61,065 nucleotides of DNA from an uncultured Pseudomonadota bacterium (lineage in GTDB: Bacteria; Pseudomonadota; Alphaproteobacteria; UBA9219), in assembly GCA_903920205.1 (NCBI GenBank), contig CAIXLI010000110.1, positions 1-61,065 on the forward strand, in the 5' to 3' direction. Both the position numbers and the translations under genes were made by a program. Shown here in pieces: positions 35,193 to 45,356 of the stretch. How positions within the stretch are numbered: the stretch's first letter is position 1; each line of letters begins with the position of its first letter. The notes under the pieces were generated by a model. That model was given only the letters and a program-made list of their open reading frames with translations, was not told where the DNA came from and did no database searches.

Positions 35193-36396
35193 GCGCGTCA
35201 GCCCATTCCTCAAACCTACAATTGTCCGCCATATCTTGTCCTGCGTCTTGAATCGCGCGTTTTGTCGCGCCTGTAGGGCCGTCTTCGATGCGGGAGGCCG
35301 TCTGCCACAGGAGGTCATTGACCGATATCGCCGCATTGATGTCATGCCCCAGAACCAAGCGCACCGCGCCGCTGCGCAGCGCCATGAGGATAAGAGGATC
35401 GCCGTGAAAATTGGCGGGGTCATGCGCGATATTCGCCATGATATTCGCGGTCTCCTCGCGCAGCATTTTGTCGTCGGGACGCTGCATTAGTTTAGCGCGT
35501 TCCTCGATCAAGACGCGGGCGAGGGGGTGGACAAAAGATCGTTCCGGTAAAGTAAGGTCGACGGCGTCGCTTAAACCTGTTTTTCCTGTCTCGTTGGTGG
35601 CAACGATTTGCAGCGTTACTTTTCGTCCCGCCCAAGGATGCGCGGCGATGTCTTCAAAATCGGTGCGTGATATCCTTTTGGACGAGGGAACGGGCAGGGC
35701 AATATCAACCGGAGCGTTATTGGACCCCGGCAAAGTATCTCGCGGCGTAACGCGCAACGCGATTGCTGCGATGCCGAAATCATCCGATGCGTCATAGGCC
35801 ACGCGAAGCTTTTTATCGTCGGACAGAACGGGAGGTGCGGTCATCGACACATGCGGCGGATTATCAGGCAAAACGCGGATATTCCACGACGCCAATGTCG
35901 TCCAACCGCGTCGGACGCCAAGCCTTGATCCTTGCGTCAGGACTTCCGTTGCCGAAAAATCGCCATGGGGGCCGGTGGTAAATTTCTTGCTTGTGCCGTT
36001 CACGATCAATTCCGGCGCTTCTTCGTCCTGTCCTGTCCAATGCGCACGGACAATGCTTCCTTGGGGCAAGGTGATCGTGTCGCGGGTTATACGTGTTCCG
36101 GTGGCGGAGGCAAAAATCTTGGGTGGTGCGTTGGCATATGCGGGGGACGACACCCACACGTCAAGCGGCGGACTTTTTGTCGACGTCCTTTCGCGTGCCG
36201 CCATCGGATTCAGCGCCGCAAGTTTCTCTCCGCCCAATCCCCATGCGCCCAAGGCAATGACCACGGCAAAACATGCGGCAATCCCGCGCTTGAAAGGCGC
36301 GTACCGTATTATCCGAAGTGCAGTGAAAAAATGACCCATGCGCCGATTCCTAACATCCGAAAATCTTGTGAAGCAAGGCCTGACGGAGTGTACCAT
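35062..36396 (-). CDS. DUF4175/TIGR02302-like membrane-anchored protein, short form
   Basis: 'DVWVSSPAY', 'PDNPP', 'ASDDFGI', 'HPWAG', 'LPERSF.HPLARVLIE.R', 'LWQTA..IEDG'; C-terminal ~50 aa doubtful. Confidence 0.7.
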   Translation of the reverse strand: MVHSVRPCFTRFSDVRNRRMGHFFTALRIIRYAPFKRGIAACFAVVIALGAWGLGGEKLAALNPMAARERTSTKSPPLDVWVSSPAYANAPPKIFASATGTRITRDTITLPQGSIVRAHWTGQDEEAPELIVNGTSKKFTTGPHGDFSATEVLTQGSRLGVRRGWTTLASWNIRVLPDNPPHVSMTAPPVLSDDKKLRVAYDASDDFGIAAIALRVTPRDTLPGSNNAPVDIALPVPSSKRISRTDFEDIAAHPWAGRKVTLQIVATNETGKTGLSDAVDLTLPERSFVHPLARVLIEERAKLMQRPDDKMLREETANIMANIAHDPANFHGDPLILMALRSGAVRLVLGHDINAAISVNDLLWQTASRIEDGPTGATKRAIQDAGQDMADNCRFEEWADALRLPAIPPAYRKGTFPNVRGGRARHRAQPAKQPLELFSFQRNE

Positions 36397-36422
36397 GGAA
36401 GGTCGCTTGGGTTCAACAACGG

Positions 36423-37550
36423 CTAGGGAATAAGGGCGCGATACAAGATCTTGTATTTTTCGCCCATGATCTCGGCGGTATAGAGTGCGGCATGCTGCAG
36501 GGTCGAGGCAGACATTTGTTGCCGTTGTTCCGCGCTGCGAGAAAGATACCGCTCAAGAGCGTCTCCCAAAGCCTTTTCCGAAAAATCCTGCGCGACAAAG
36601 CCCGTGACGCCCTCAATGATGGCTTCTTCCACGCCGCCAACGGGCGGCGCAATGACAGGCGCTCCGACATTAAGGCTCTCCAGAAAAGTAATGGGCAGCG
36701 TCTCAAAATCGCTGCTGTTCAGAAGACAGTCGAAACCCGGCAAAATCTTGCGCGCGTCGCACGCGCCCAGCATCTCGCAATGATCCTGCAGATTGAGGCG
36801 AATGCGTTCTGCTTCGACCTCTTCGCGCAGGGAACCATCGCCGATCAGGATAAGCCTCGCCTGAGGATGTAATTTGACAGCCTGCGCAAAAGCGGCAAGC
36901 GCGCGTAAAGGTTTTTTCTGCGCCTCCAGCCTGCCGACGAAGCCGCACAAAATCTGGCCGTCCTTCGCTTTTAAGGCAAGCCGCGCCTGTTCACGCGAGG
37001 CGCTAAAATGGGGCGTCGCTCCGTTGGGAACCAGGAAAAGTTTCGAGGGGGCGATTCCAAGCCCTCGGCTATGCTCAAGCTCGCCCTTGGAAACGTTGAT
37101 AACGCAAGGCGTTAGCCAGCTCAGGATGCGTTCAAGCCACCCGTAAATAGCCGGCGTATCGGGTTTCATCGAATAAAAGGCATGCGCCGTATAAACGACC
37201 GTGCCGGGAAGGAAAACACCCGCAAGGCGCGTCAAGGCTCCTGCCTTCGAACTGTGGCCGTGAATAATATCGAACGGCCCTGCGCGGCGCAGGGTCTTCC
37301 ACAATAGCCACCCGTCGTAGAAATCGTGCAACCCGACTGGTCTATGCATCGGAGAGGGGAGAAGGCGAAGGCGAGGCAGGGATTCCAGCGCGGCGACAAA
37401 ACCGGCTTCGGCGCGATCCGGCGCGTAACAAACCGTCACGTCGTCTCCGTGCTCAAGCCCATAGCGAGCCAGTTCGAAAACAACCTGACCGCTACCGCCC
37501 CCTGCGGCTTCCACCACATGACAAACGCGCATGATACCCCATACAAACAA
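36423..37550 (-). CDS. Glycosyltransferase family 4
   Basis: 'HGHSSKAG', 'YTAH', 'PNG', 'FVGRLEAQK', 'ETLPITFLES'. Confidence 0.9.
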   Translation of the reverse strand: MFVWGIMRVCHVVEAAGGGSGQVVFELARYGLEHGDDVTVCYAPDRAEAGFVAALESLPRLRLLPSPMHRPVGLHDFYDGWLLWKTLRRAGPFDIIHGHSSKAGALTRLAGVFLPGTVVYTAHAFYSMKPDTPAIYGWLERILSWLTPCVINVSKGELEHSRGLGIAPSKLFLVPNGATPHFSASREQARLALKAKDGQILCGFVGRLEAQKKPLRALAAFAQAVKLHPQARLILIGDGSLREEVEAERIRLNLQDHCEMLGACDARKILPGFDCLLNSSDFETLPITFLESLNVGAPVIAPPVGGVEEAIIEGVTGFVAQDFSEKALGDALERYLSRSAEQRQQMSASTLQHAALYTAEIMGEKYKILYRALIP

Positions 37551-37688
37551 CTGCGTTTCAACACTTTCTTCATCATAGCCGCCGATACGATAGGCGCAAG
37601 CAAATCCTTTCCTTTCATAGGGATAGCGTGTTAGAGATTTTGTCGCACGCGATACAATCTTTGTTAATCATAAACCTTCCGCGCCCGC

Positions 37689-38801
37689 ATGACGCATTCC
37701 GACGCACCGCCCCGTTTGCTCATTGTTTGCCAAGGCATCGATGGGGGGGTCGCTCCCTTGTCCAGCGCCTTGGCCTATGGGCTGCGCGAAAAGGGATGGG
37801 ACTGCTCCCTTTTGTATATAGGGCGACCGGCAACTCCCGTTTTTGTTCAAAAAGATCGACAACGCGGCATTGACAGCCATGCGATTGTCACGGGCAAGGC
37901 GCGTTCATGGGCCGAAGTTTGGGGGCTGATACGCTCGGTCAGTGCTGTATGGCGTGTCGTGCGGGACAAGCGTCCGGCATCCATTATTTTTGCGGGTTTC
38001 ATGCCAGCGTTTCTTTATGCGCCTTTTTTGCGCCTGGCGACATCGGCGCAATTTGTCCTGTGGGATCACGCGCCGCAAAACACTTTCCTGAAAATCAAGA
38101 AGCTAGTTTTTCCTGTAGCGCTGAAAGGGCTCGATCGGATCGTCAGCATAGCGCCCGGCACGGCGGCGGCGATGACGGAATATTTCGGCGTTCCTGCGGA
38201 CGAGGTCACGATCATTCCGAACGGCGTCGACCCGACCCGATGGCAGGCGATACCCCCCGCGCGGGATTTGTCAGCCTTGCGCGTCATCATGCCCGCGCGG
38301 GCCGATCTTAATCAGAAAGATCCGATCACACTTATTTGCGCTGCCGCAAGGTTGCGCAAGCAGGGGGTGGATATCGAAGTTACGCTGGTTGGTTCCGGCG
38401 TTGACGAAGCCCGCGTTCGTGAGGCAATAGAAGCCGAAGGCGCCGCTGCTTTCATTCACTCCGTCGCCACATCCAACGATGTTCCCTCGTTGGTCGCGAA
38501 ACACAATGTTGTATGTCTTTCCACAAAGTTCGAAGGCTTGCCGACGGTTGTGATCGAAGGGATGCTGGCACGGCGTATTGTTCTGGCCTCGCGCGTGGCG
38601 GGATGCGTCGATGTCATTCGCGATGGTGAGAACGGATTTCTGTTTACGGCAGGATCGGCGGAGGACTGCGCGGAAAAATTAAGAGCCCTGACATCTATGC
38701 CCGCTCCTCAGACAATTATCGAGAACGCCTATCAAGACGCCATGACCCTCTATGCACCCGTCGCAATGGTCGAAAACTTCCATCGCGTCTTGGCGGGGTA
38801 A
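37689..38801 (+). CDS. Glycosyltransferase family 4
   Basis: 'IPNGVD', 'QKDP', 'EGLPTVVIEGM', 'DGENGFL'. Confidence 0.9.
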   Translation: MTHSDAPPRLLIVCQGIDGGVAPLSSALAYGLREKGWDCSLLYIGRPATPVFVQKDRQRGIDSHAIVTGKARSWAEVWGLIRSVSAVWRVVRDKRPASIIFAGFMPAFLYAPFLRLATSAQFVLWDHAPQNTFLKIKKLVFPVALKGLDRIVSIAPGTAAAMTEYFGVPADEVTIIPNGVDPTRWQAIPPARDLSALRVIMPARADLNQKDPITLICAAARLRKQGVDIEVTLVGSGVDEARVREAIEAEGAAAFIHSVATSNDVPSLVAKHNVVCLSTKFEGLPTVVIEGMLARRIVLASRVAGCVDVIRDGENGFLFTAGSAEDCAEKLRALTSMPAPQTIIENAYQDAMTLYAPVAMVENFHRVLAG

Positions 38802-40079
38802 TCAGCGTGTCGGGTGCTTATACCCGCGCACGTGGTGCCAGCGCCAGACGAGCAGAAAGGCCGAGGCGCAAACGGCGCTGTATCCGACTCCGCTAAAGCC
38901 GAAAAGCGGCACCAGCAAAAGATTGCCGCCCAAAGCCGGAATCAAGAACAGCAAATTGCCGAGCCATATGGCGCGATCCTGATGACGTGCAAAAAGAATA
39001 TAGTTCTTCACATCGGCATTCGCGCGTAGCCATGTGGCGAACAGCATCAGCAAAAACACGCCCGAACTCGAGACGAAAGCGTGACGACCAAGCAGAATAC
39101 CGAGCAGCGGGACAAAGATGCCAAGCCCGACGGCGACGGCTCCCGACCCGATAAGGATTTGTCGGCTGGCGCGATGCGCTTCTTGATGGAAGCGGTCATG
39201 GGCGTTATCCCGATGATGTTGAATCATTCGTGGCGTGGCAAAGGCCAAAACACCGCTTTGCATCAGGGTTAGCAGCGCGTTGGTAAACGAGAAATAAAAG
39301 GTCAGGACGCCGACATCCTCAAGCGTCAGATAATGCTCGACGACAAAGCGATCGACGAAAGTCCCCGCCGTCAATCCCATCATGCCCAGCCAGACAAGGC
39401 TGCCGATGCGTACGCCTTTGCCTACCCATCGCCAATCGACAGGGCGGCGCATGACCTCGCCCCACGGAAGGCTGCGCCACGTCCACAGCGTCGCCACGAC
39501 ACTGACGCCCGACCCGATCATCCACCCGATCAAAAGGGTATCGGCATTGCGGTATGCGGCATTAAGCATGCACAGGGCGACGACGGGAAAGACCCAAAGT
39601 CCGGAACGAATAAAAAGCATCGCGTTGGCAAGAACCTGCTGATGAAGCGAGTTCTGGTTGGCATAGGTGACAGCGCCGAAACTTTCGAACACCGTAAGAA
39701 CAAGAACGTAAATCATCGTGCGCGGCGGAACGTCCACGCCATGCGCGGTGATCAGCGCCGCCATCACGACGGCGAGCGCAAGATAATTCAACCCGTAAAG
39801 AACGGCCTGATCGCGCATTTTATACAAGACAGTAGCGGGGTGGGCTCCCACGATATCGCGGCTGACGACATAGATAAGGTCTTGCCCCATCACGACGGTC
39901 AGCATCGTGACCGCGCCCATGACGAGGCCGTAAGTCCCAATATCGGCCAGGTTAAAAGACCGTCCTATGTATAGAGCCAGCCCCATCTTGGCGATCATGG
40001 GGAGAAGACGAAGAACGATGTTCGTGATTTGTGGCGCGAACCCTAGAAGCGCTGCCTTCAATCGCCGCCGTTTATCCAC
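38802..40079 (-). CDS. Wzx-like polysaccharide flippase
   Basis: Many hydrophobic segments; 'GTYGL', 'VDRFVV', 'VGVLTF', 'NLLLVPLFG'. Confidence 0.75.
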   Translation of the reverse strand: MDKRRRLKAALLGFAPQITNIVLRLLPMIAKMGLALYIGRSFNLADIGTYGLVMGAVTMLTVVMGQDLIYVVSRDIVGAHPATVLYKMRDQAVLYGLNYLALAVVMAALITAHGVDVPPRTMIYVLVLTVFESFGAVTYANQNSLHQQVLANAMLFIRSGLWVFPVVALCMLNAAYRNADTLLIGWMIGSGVSVVATLWTWRSLPWGEVMRRPVDWRWVGKGVRIGSLVWLGMMGLTAGTFVDRFVVEHYLTLEDVGVLTFYFSFTNALLTLMQSGVLAFATPRMIQHHRDNAHDRFHQEAHRASRQILIGSGAVAVGLGIFVPLLGILLGRHAFVSSSGVFLLMLFATWLRANADVKNYILFARHQDRAIWLGNLLFLIPALGGNLLLVPLFGFSGVGYSAVCASAFLLVWRWHHVRGYKHPTR

Positions 40080-40638
40080 GGGGCAGCACGCGCGCCGGAA
40101 CGCCGACAGCGGTCGAGTTGTCGGGGATGTCTGTCAAAACCACGGCATTCGCCCCGATCAAGACGTTGTTGCCGATCTTAACGTCGCCCAGAAGAACCGC
40201 TCCGGCAAAGATTTTTACATTGTTGCCGATGGTGGGATAGGCATCGATCAAGGGGTTCTCGCTGCTATGGCGAATGCCCAGCGAAACATTCTGGAAGATC
40301 GTCACATGGTCGCCGATGACGGCTCTGCCGACCACAATGCCAACGGGGTGGGGCAGGTGAAGGCCGGGTCCCGCCGTCGCCGAGCTGGAAATATCGCAAG
40401 CAATCAAAAGATGGTTGATGCGACGGATCACTTTTTCCGCAATTTTGCCGAGGAGTCCTCGTCCGTAGCAAGCCCCCCCTATACGAAACAGAAAGACAGC
40501 CAGAAAACTTGCCGAGGAGAAAAAACACCAAACGATCCGCGCACGCGACGGATGTTCAACCCCAATAACCCTTAAATCGTCGCAAAGAGCCTGATAAAGG
40601 GAGGTTCCCTGTTTCGTCGATGTCTGCGTCATAATCAT
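40072..40638 (-). CDS. Hexapeptide-repeat O-acetyltransferase (CysE/WcaB-like)
   Basis: 'HPVGIVV', 'IGDHVTIFQNVSLG', 'YPTIGNNV', 'IGANAVV', 'VGVPAR'. Confidence 0.85.
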   Translation of the reverse strand: MIMTQTSTKQGTSLYQALCDDLRVIGVEHPSRARIVWCFFSSASFLAVFLFRIGGACYGRGLLGKIAEKVIRRINHLLIACDISSSATAGPGLHLPHPVGIVVGRAVIGDHVTIFQNVSLGIRHSSENPLIDAYPTIGNNVKIFAGAVLLGDVKIGNNVLIGANAVVLTDIPDNSTAVGVPARVLPRG

Positions 40639-40667
40639 CCCTTGTAAAAATTCGTGATGTGGCGTCT

Positions 40668-41924
40668 TTATTGCGGCGTCACCAGAAAATTTAAAAACCG
40701 GTCACCAATGTAATCTTGGTCGAAAACGGCGGCTTTTTCCAGAGCATAATTTCGCCATGGCGTCAATATTGACGGATTTTCCAGAATTTTCTCGAGAGCG
40801 GTCTGCCATGCCGTCGTATCGCCCGGGGGCACCAGCATCCCGTTTTTTCCTTCTTCGACCAATTCGGGAATGCCCGCTTTGTCGCTGCCGATTACGGGCA
40901 GCCCCAAACTGAGGGCATGAATGACAACGCCTGGCGAGTTTTCCGCCCAAACGGAGGGAATGCACAAAACATCGCTATTAATCATGAAGTTGCTGATCTC
41001 TTGCTGCGAGACAAAACCAGCAAAGTGGCACCATGGCAGGGTGCCGTATTGCGCCCGCAGCTTCTCCTCGTCAGGACCAGCGCCGACGACAGTCAGGGTA
41101 AAGGTGTAACGCGAGGCTAGCTTGCTTGCCGCTTCCAACAGAACGTCGACGCCTTTCGTGCTGTGCAGACGTCCGACATACAGTATGCGCACAGAGTCAG
41201 ATTCCGTGCGGGCCGCCGTAGGAACGGGCGTGCTGTTCGCATTCAAGATCGCGGCATGGGGCCATTGCCGGACCGGAAAAAATCGCGAGAGAAGAGCGAT
41301 ATTTGCCCGCGAAGGCGAGCAGAAACGAAGTGCCGAAAATCCTTTGAAGCAAAAGGTTTTATACAACGAGGATAACCAGCAAGCCGCGCAACGCTTTTTG
41401 CATTCCTTCCCGTTCTTGAACATCCCCATGCGCACGCAGGTCAGAGAGAGATCGTGCAAAAAATAAACAGTCGGGACGCCGCTTCGGGCAACTTCACGCA
41501 GCGCGTTATACCCAAGCCCCTGCATGCCATGGATCAGGATGTAATCCGGTTTGAATATCCGCAAGACCCGCGCGACAATCCCACGGTTGCGCGGGTCGAT
41601 ATGGTCTTGCAAGTGCCATAAAGGTTTAAGCCATTTCTTGGCTGACATGGCGTAGTATTGTGGATAGGCGCGGGGCATCCAAGCGCGCCAAATCTTCAGC
41701 CCCTTGACTTCCCTGCCGTCGAGAGCCTCTTGAGGCGCTTTCGCCGTGGTCAGGACCCCCACATCGGCCCCTTTTTCGCGTAGCCACTGAGCCAGATTAG
41801 CGGCGGACATCTCCGCCCCGCCCAGAACATCCGGAGGAAACAAAGGCGAAAGGATAAGGAAGCGTTGATTCCTTATATCGGGGCGGCTAGAATTCCCACC
41901 GCTGGGTTGATCGGGCTCGGTCAA
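40668..41924 (-). CDS. Glycosyltransferase family 4 with Cys-rich insert
   Basis: 'GGAE', 'LHD.SLTC...ECKKRCAAC', 'YVGRLHSTKG', 'PSVWAEN', 'GIPEL'; start placed at TTG 41924 after AAGGA. Confidence 0.85.
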   Translation of the reverse strand: MTEPDQPSGGNSSRPDIRNQRFLILSPLFPPDVLGGAEMSAANLAQWLREKGADVGVLTTAKAPQEALDGREVKGLKIWRAWMPRAYPQYYAMSAKKWLKPLWHLQDHIDPRNRGIVARVLRIFKPDYILIHGMQGLGYNALREVARSGVPTVYFLHDLSLTCVRMGMFKNGKECKKRCAACWLSSLYKTFCFKGFSALRFCSPSRANIALLSRFFPVRQWPHAAILNANSTPVPTAARTESDSVRILYVGRLHSTKGVDVLLEAASKLASRYTFTLTVVGAGPDEEKLRAQYGTLPWCHFAGFVSQQEISNFMINSDVLCIPSVWAENSPGVVIHALSLGLPVIGSDKAGIPELVEEGKNGMLVPPGDTTAWQTALEKILENPSILTPWRNYALEKAAVFDQDYIGDRFLNFLVTPQ

Positions 41925-41955
41925 ATTTTTATCCTTGTGTGACGATAATATTTTT

Positions 41956-43434
41956 ATGACCCTCGCATCTTCTTCTCCTCTTTCTATACGACAGACGCCA
42001 ACATGCAATAGGCTTATGCGCCTAACGGTTTTGTGCACGGCGGCGGGTGTCTTTGGCCTTTTTCTTTTTGGCTGGTGGGACTCTCCCGTTTCGGCGTGGT
42101 TGGCGTTATTTCTTTATGGGACCTTTTACCTCTATCTTCTCAAGATTGCCCCGGGATCGGCCTTGGCCCTCTTTCCTGCTTTTGGCGGCGTCGCGCTAAC
42201 CCAGTTTATCTCGGGCATTCTTATTGAAAGTGGAGGCTATCTTACCGAAACGAAAGAGATGGGCAGCGCGACAGGCGCATTTTTGCGGCTTGCCGTGACC
42301 TATGCGCTATTTTTCGGAACAGCGGCGCTCATTATTGAACACTATATTGAACGATGGAAACGGAATGGTCAGATTGACGCCTTTGTTGCCCGTCAGGTTC
42401 GCCCCTTTATGCCCTTGGCGCGTGTTATCGACGTTCTTATTGGTGTGATGCTGGCCTATCTCGTTTATGTGGGAGTAAAAAACGGATTTCCCTTGCTCAC
42501 TGGCCAAGATCGTTTTGATTTTGCGAACGATGTGGATGACCCAACCTACCTTTCCTTGATGGGTAACCGCGTTATGGCGATGGCCTATCTCGGCGTTATG
42601 ATGGCGATTGCGCCTAAGTCGGGGTTTTATCGGTTTATGGCTTTCGGCGTGCTGATCGTTTCGGCGTTGCTGGGCGATAAATTTACGGAATATGTAATCT
42701 CTATGGGACAATTGGTGGGGCCATCGCTTTGCCGGATGGCGTGGAGCGACAAGGGGCTGCCTTTGCGCAGGATTTTCGTCTTGGGCGTAGTCCTTGTGTT
42801 AATTACCATGCCGCTGGTTTTTGTGGCCTATGGCGGGCCGTCTGACGCGTCAAGTGGGATAGGGCGGATGAAGGATCGCATGACGCTTCAAGGCCAATTG
42901 TGGTTTCTGGCCGACCGCGAAGTGACGGACATTGTAAAATTCGAAGAGGCTCCCCTGATCGCCGAGTTTACCAAAATGGCAATTCCCGAGCAATCATCCA
43001 AGGAGTCGGATAAGAAAAACCCTCCTTATCAAGGGATGTCCTGGATGCTGCTCCATTTCGCACCGCCGTCCGATGCGGCTTTACGTTTAAAAACGGGCGT
43101 TGTGTATTGTCTGGGGCTGCATGCCTATTTTTTGGAAATGCTGGGGTGGAGCGGTCTTGTCGTGTTTAACTTCATCTTTGCCGGGCTTGTGGGGCTTATC
43201 GTGGCGGGGGCGCTTTATAGCTTGATCTATGGGCGGCTCGTTTATTTGCTCTATTTCTCGAAATTTCTGACTTTTTGGCTCGCCGCGTCAAGCGTCGCCG
43301 ATCCGTCTATGCTGGTGAACTGGAAAACATTTTTGCTGCTGCTGAGCTTAGGCTTCTATTACCTTTTAGACCGACGCTTTAATCCCGCCTTCTTCGGTCC
43401 TCACAAAGCCAAGCCTCACGTCACGGTACGATAA
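41956..43434 (+). CDS. Polytopic membrane protein, Wzy-like polysaccharide polymerase candidate
   Basis: Roughly ten or more hydrophobic segments with a large loop; sits among glycosyltransferases and a flippase. Confidence 0.55.
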   Translation: MTLASSSPLSIRQTPTCNRLMRLTVLCTAAGVFGLFLFGWWDSPVSAWLALFLYGTFYLYLLKIAPGSALALFPAFGGVALTQFISGILIESGGYLTETKEMGSATGAFLRLAVTYALFFGTAALIIEHYIERWKRNGQIDAFVARQVRPFMPLARVIDVLIGVMLAYLVYVGVKNGFPLLTGQDRFDFANDVDDPTYLSLMGNRVMAMAYLGVMMAIAPKSGFYRFMAFGVLIVSALLGDKFTEYVISMGQLVGPSLCRMAWSDKGLPLRRIFVLGVVLVLITMPLVFVAYGGPSDASSGIGRMKDRMTLQGQLWFLADREVTDIVKFEEAPLIAEFTKMAIPEQSSKESDKKNPPYQGMSWMLLHFAPPSDAALRLKTGVVYCLGLHAYFLEMLGWSGLVVFNFIFAGLVGLIVAGALYSLIYGRLVYLLYFSKFLTFWLAASSVADPSMLVNWKTFLLLLSLGFYYLLDRRFNPAFFGPHKAKPHVTVR

Positions 43435-44483
43435 TGACAAGAATAAATGTACGTGCCGTTCTTCTTCTTATCCTGTGCTTCTTGTCTTGGCCTGCGACAG
43501 CCAAAGCGGTCGTTGATCGGCAAGACGAGCTGCAACGCATGTTCGATCGCGCGGCGGAAACGGGGCAGCGCGTTCAGCTTTCCGCCGGAATCTATCGCCA
43601 CAGCGGCCTTCTCACCCTGCGTGGCATCGAGGTTTCCGGCGTCGGTCCCGACACGGTGATTGAGGGGACGACGCGCGATCACTCCGCCCTTATCTTAACA
43701 GGGCAGGGCGCGAAGCTATCCCGTGTCAAGCTGACCTACCGGTCCACCACGCGTTCCGACGACGTGCAGGCGTCAGAGGTGCTTGTAAAAAACGCGCATC
43801 ATTTTGAAGTCAGCGACATCGCTATTGATGGCGGCGACTGTGCGGGCATTTTAATGACCGACGCGCATCAAGGAACGGTCAGGAACAACGACATCCGCAA
43901 CACGCTGGCGGATTCCATTCACATGACGGGCAGTTCTTCCGACATCATTGTCCACGACAACACGACCTTCAATTCGGGAGACGACGGCATCGCCGTTGTC
44001 AGCTATGAACGCGACGGCGGCAAGGTTCACGCCATCGAAGCCTTCCGCAACACGATCATCGATAATAAATTCGCGCGTGGCATGTCGGTCGTGGGCGGAG
44101 ACGATGTTGTGTACCACGATAATTTTATCCAATGCGCCGGACAATGGGCGGGCATTTACATCGCCAGCGAAAGCGTTTTTAAAACTTTCGGGTCGGGTAA
44201 TGTCCGGTTGAAAAACAATATAGTCAAGGAATGCGGCGGGCCCAAAATCGGTCACGGCGCCGTCACGATCTTTTCCGACTATAACGACAATCGGCACATC
44301 GTCGCCGAAGGCAATGTGCTGGCGAATTCAAAAGACATAGGTTTCCACGTCATAGGCCAACGAAACGCCGATATCAGTCTGAAAGACAATCTTATTCTGC
44401 GTTCTCGGGGTAAGGCCTTGTACAAAGAGCCCGAAGCGCCGCCCGTCGCGCAATCCGGCAATGTAGTAATCGGGGGCGAATAG
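43434..44483 (+). CDS. Exported right-handed parallel beta-helix protein (pectin-lyase-like fold)
   Basis: Signal peptide; PbH1-type repeats 'NTLADSIH', 'NSGDDGIAVVSY', 'RGMSVVGG', 'AGIYIASE'. Confidence 0.8.
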   Translation: MTRINVRAVLLLILCFLSWPATAKAVVDRQDELQRMFDRAAETGQRVQLSAGIYRHSGLLTLRGIEVSGVGPDTVIEGTTRDHSALILTGQGAKLSRVKLTYRSTTRSDDVQASEVLVKNAHHFEVSDIAIDGGDCAGILMTDAHQGTVRNNDIRNTLADSIHMTGSSSDIIVHDNTTFNSGDDGIAVVSYERDGGKVHAIEAFRNTIIDNKFARGMSVVGGDDVVYHDNFIQCAGQWAGIYIASESVFKTFGSGNVRLKNNIVKECGGPKIGHGAVTIFSDYNDNRHIVAEGNVLANSKDIGFHVIGQRNADISLKDNLILRSRGKALYKEPEAPPVAQSGNVVIGGE

Positions 44484-44493
44484 GTTTGGCCTA

Positions 44494-44508
44494 TTAACCC
44501 CTTGTTAA
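44494..44508. promoter_or_regulatory. CtrA box upstream of rcdA
   Basis: TTAA-CCCCTTG-TTAA, perfect N7 spacing. Confidence 0.7.
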
Positions 44509-44575
44509 AGGCTTTTACACTTCTTTTTAAGGATAACGCGCTACGAAGGGAGGGTAAGACGAAAGGAACAAAGTC

Positions 44576-45040
44576 ATGCCCGCCCCCAAAGCCACCACAC
44601 TTCTCGATCGCACCTTCGATGAAGGCGTCGCCCTGACGCAAGAGGTTCGCAACTACATCGCCTATCACGAACAAGCCGACCGCCGCGAATTCGAATTGTC
44701 GCGCTGTCTGCATGTTGGCTATCAACACACGCGCATTTCGGCTCGTTTGATTCAAGTGATGACCTGGCTGTTGGCGATGAAAGCTTTGCTGTCCGGCGAA
44801 ATTTCGCCCGAGCAATTCACCGCGCCCCAATATGCACTAACTCACAGCGAAGAATGCACCAGCGACAAGGGCGAGAACGACGAGGAAGTTCCCGCCGGTT
44901 TGCGCGACCTTCTGGTCCGCAGCCACGCTTTGTATTCGCGCATCCTTCGTCTGGACTCTATGGTGCGCACCAAACTGGACGCTGGCGAAGTCCCGAATTT
45001 CGCCATGCTGTCGGGTCCGAGTATCATCCCCCTTAATTAA
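44576..45040 (+). CDS. rcdA: RcdA/DUF1465 regulator of CtrA degradation
   Basis: 'FDEGVALTQEVRNY', 'RISARLIQVMTWLL', 'LLVRSHALYSRILRLD'. Confidence 0.8.
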   Translation: MPAPKATTLLDRTFDEGVALTQEVRNYIAYHEQADRREFELSRCLHVGYQHTRISARLIQVMTWLLAMKALLSGEISPEQFTAPQYALTHSEECTSDKGENDEEVPAGLRDLLVRSHALYSRILRLDSMVRTKLDAGEVPNFAMLSGPSIIPLN

Positions 45041-45356
45041 CCGACCTTCAGGGCTGACCTTCCGCTGAAGACGGGGCGTCGCCTCTTCGCAGCATTTTCC
45101 AAGCACAGAACAAGCCGCCCACAACCCTGGCGGGAACGGCATGACGCAACTCATTGAAAACGAGGAAACTTCATTCCGCCATCGTTCTGTTTCCTCGTTT
45201 CTTGTGGCGCAAAAACATTAATAAAAATTAATCATGTTTCAACAGAAGAAAGAGCAAAACGGTGAAACTAATTGACAAATAAGTAATTTCGCTGGAGAAA
45301 CGACACACGGCTATTGAGCCCAATTGTTGTCATGTAATAACATTATGATCAAGCGC

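Noticed and set aside
34956-35423. 155-aa minus-strand ORF
   Set aside because: Alternative frame of the DUF4175-like gene running through a promoter region; no motif support
45041-45340. c-di-GMP riboswitch upstream of pgaA
   Set aside because: Class I and class II consensus elements were not found by eye
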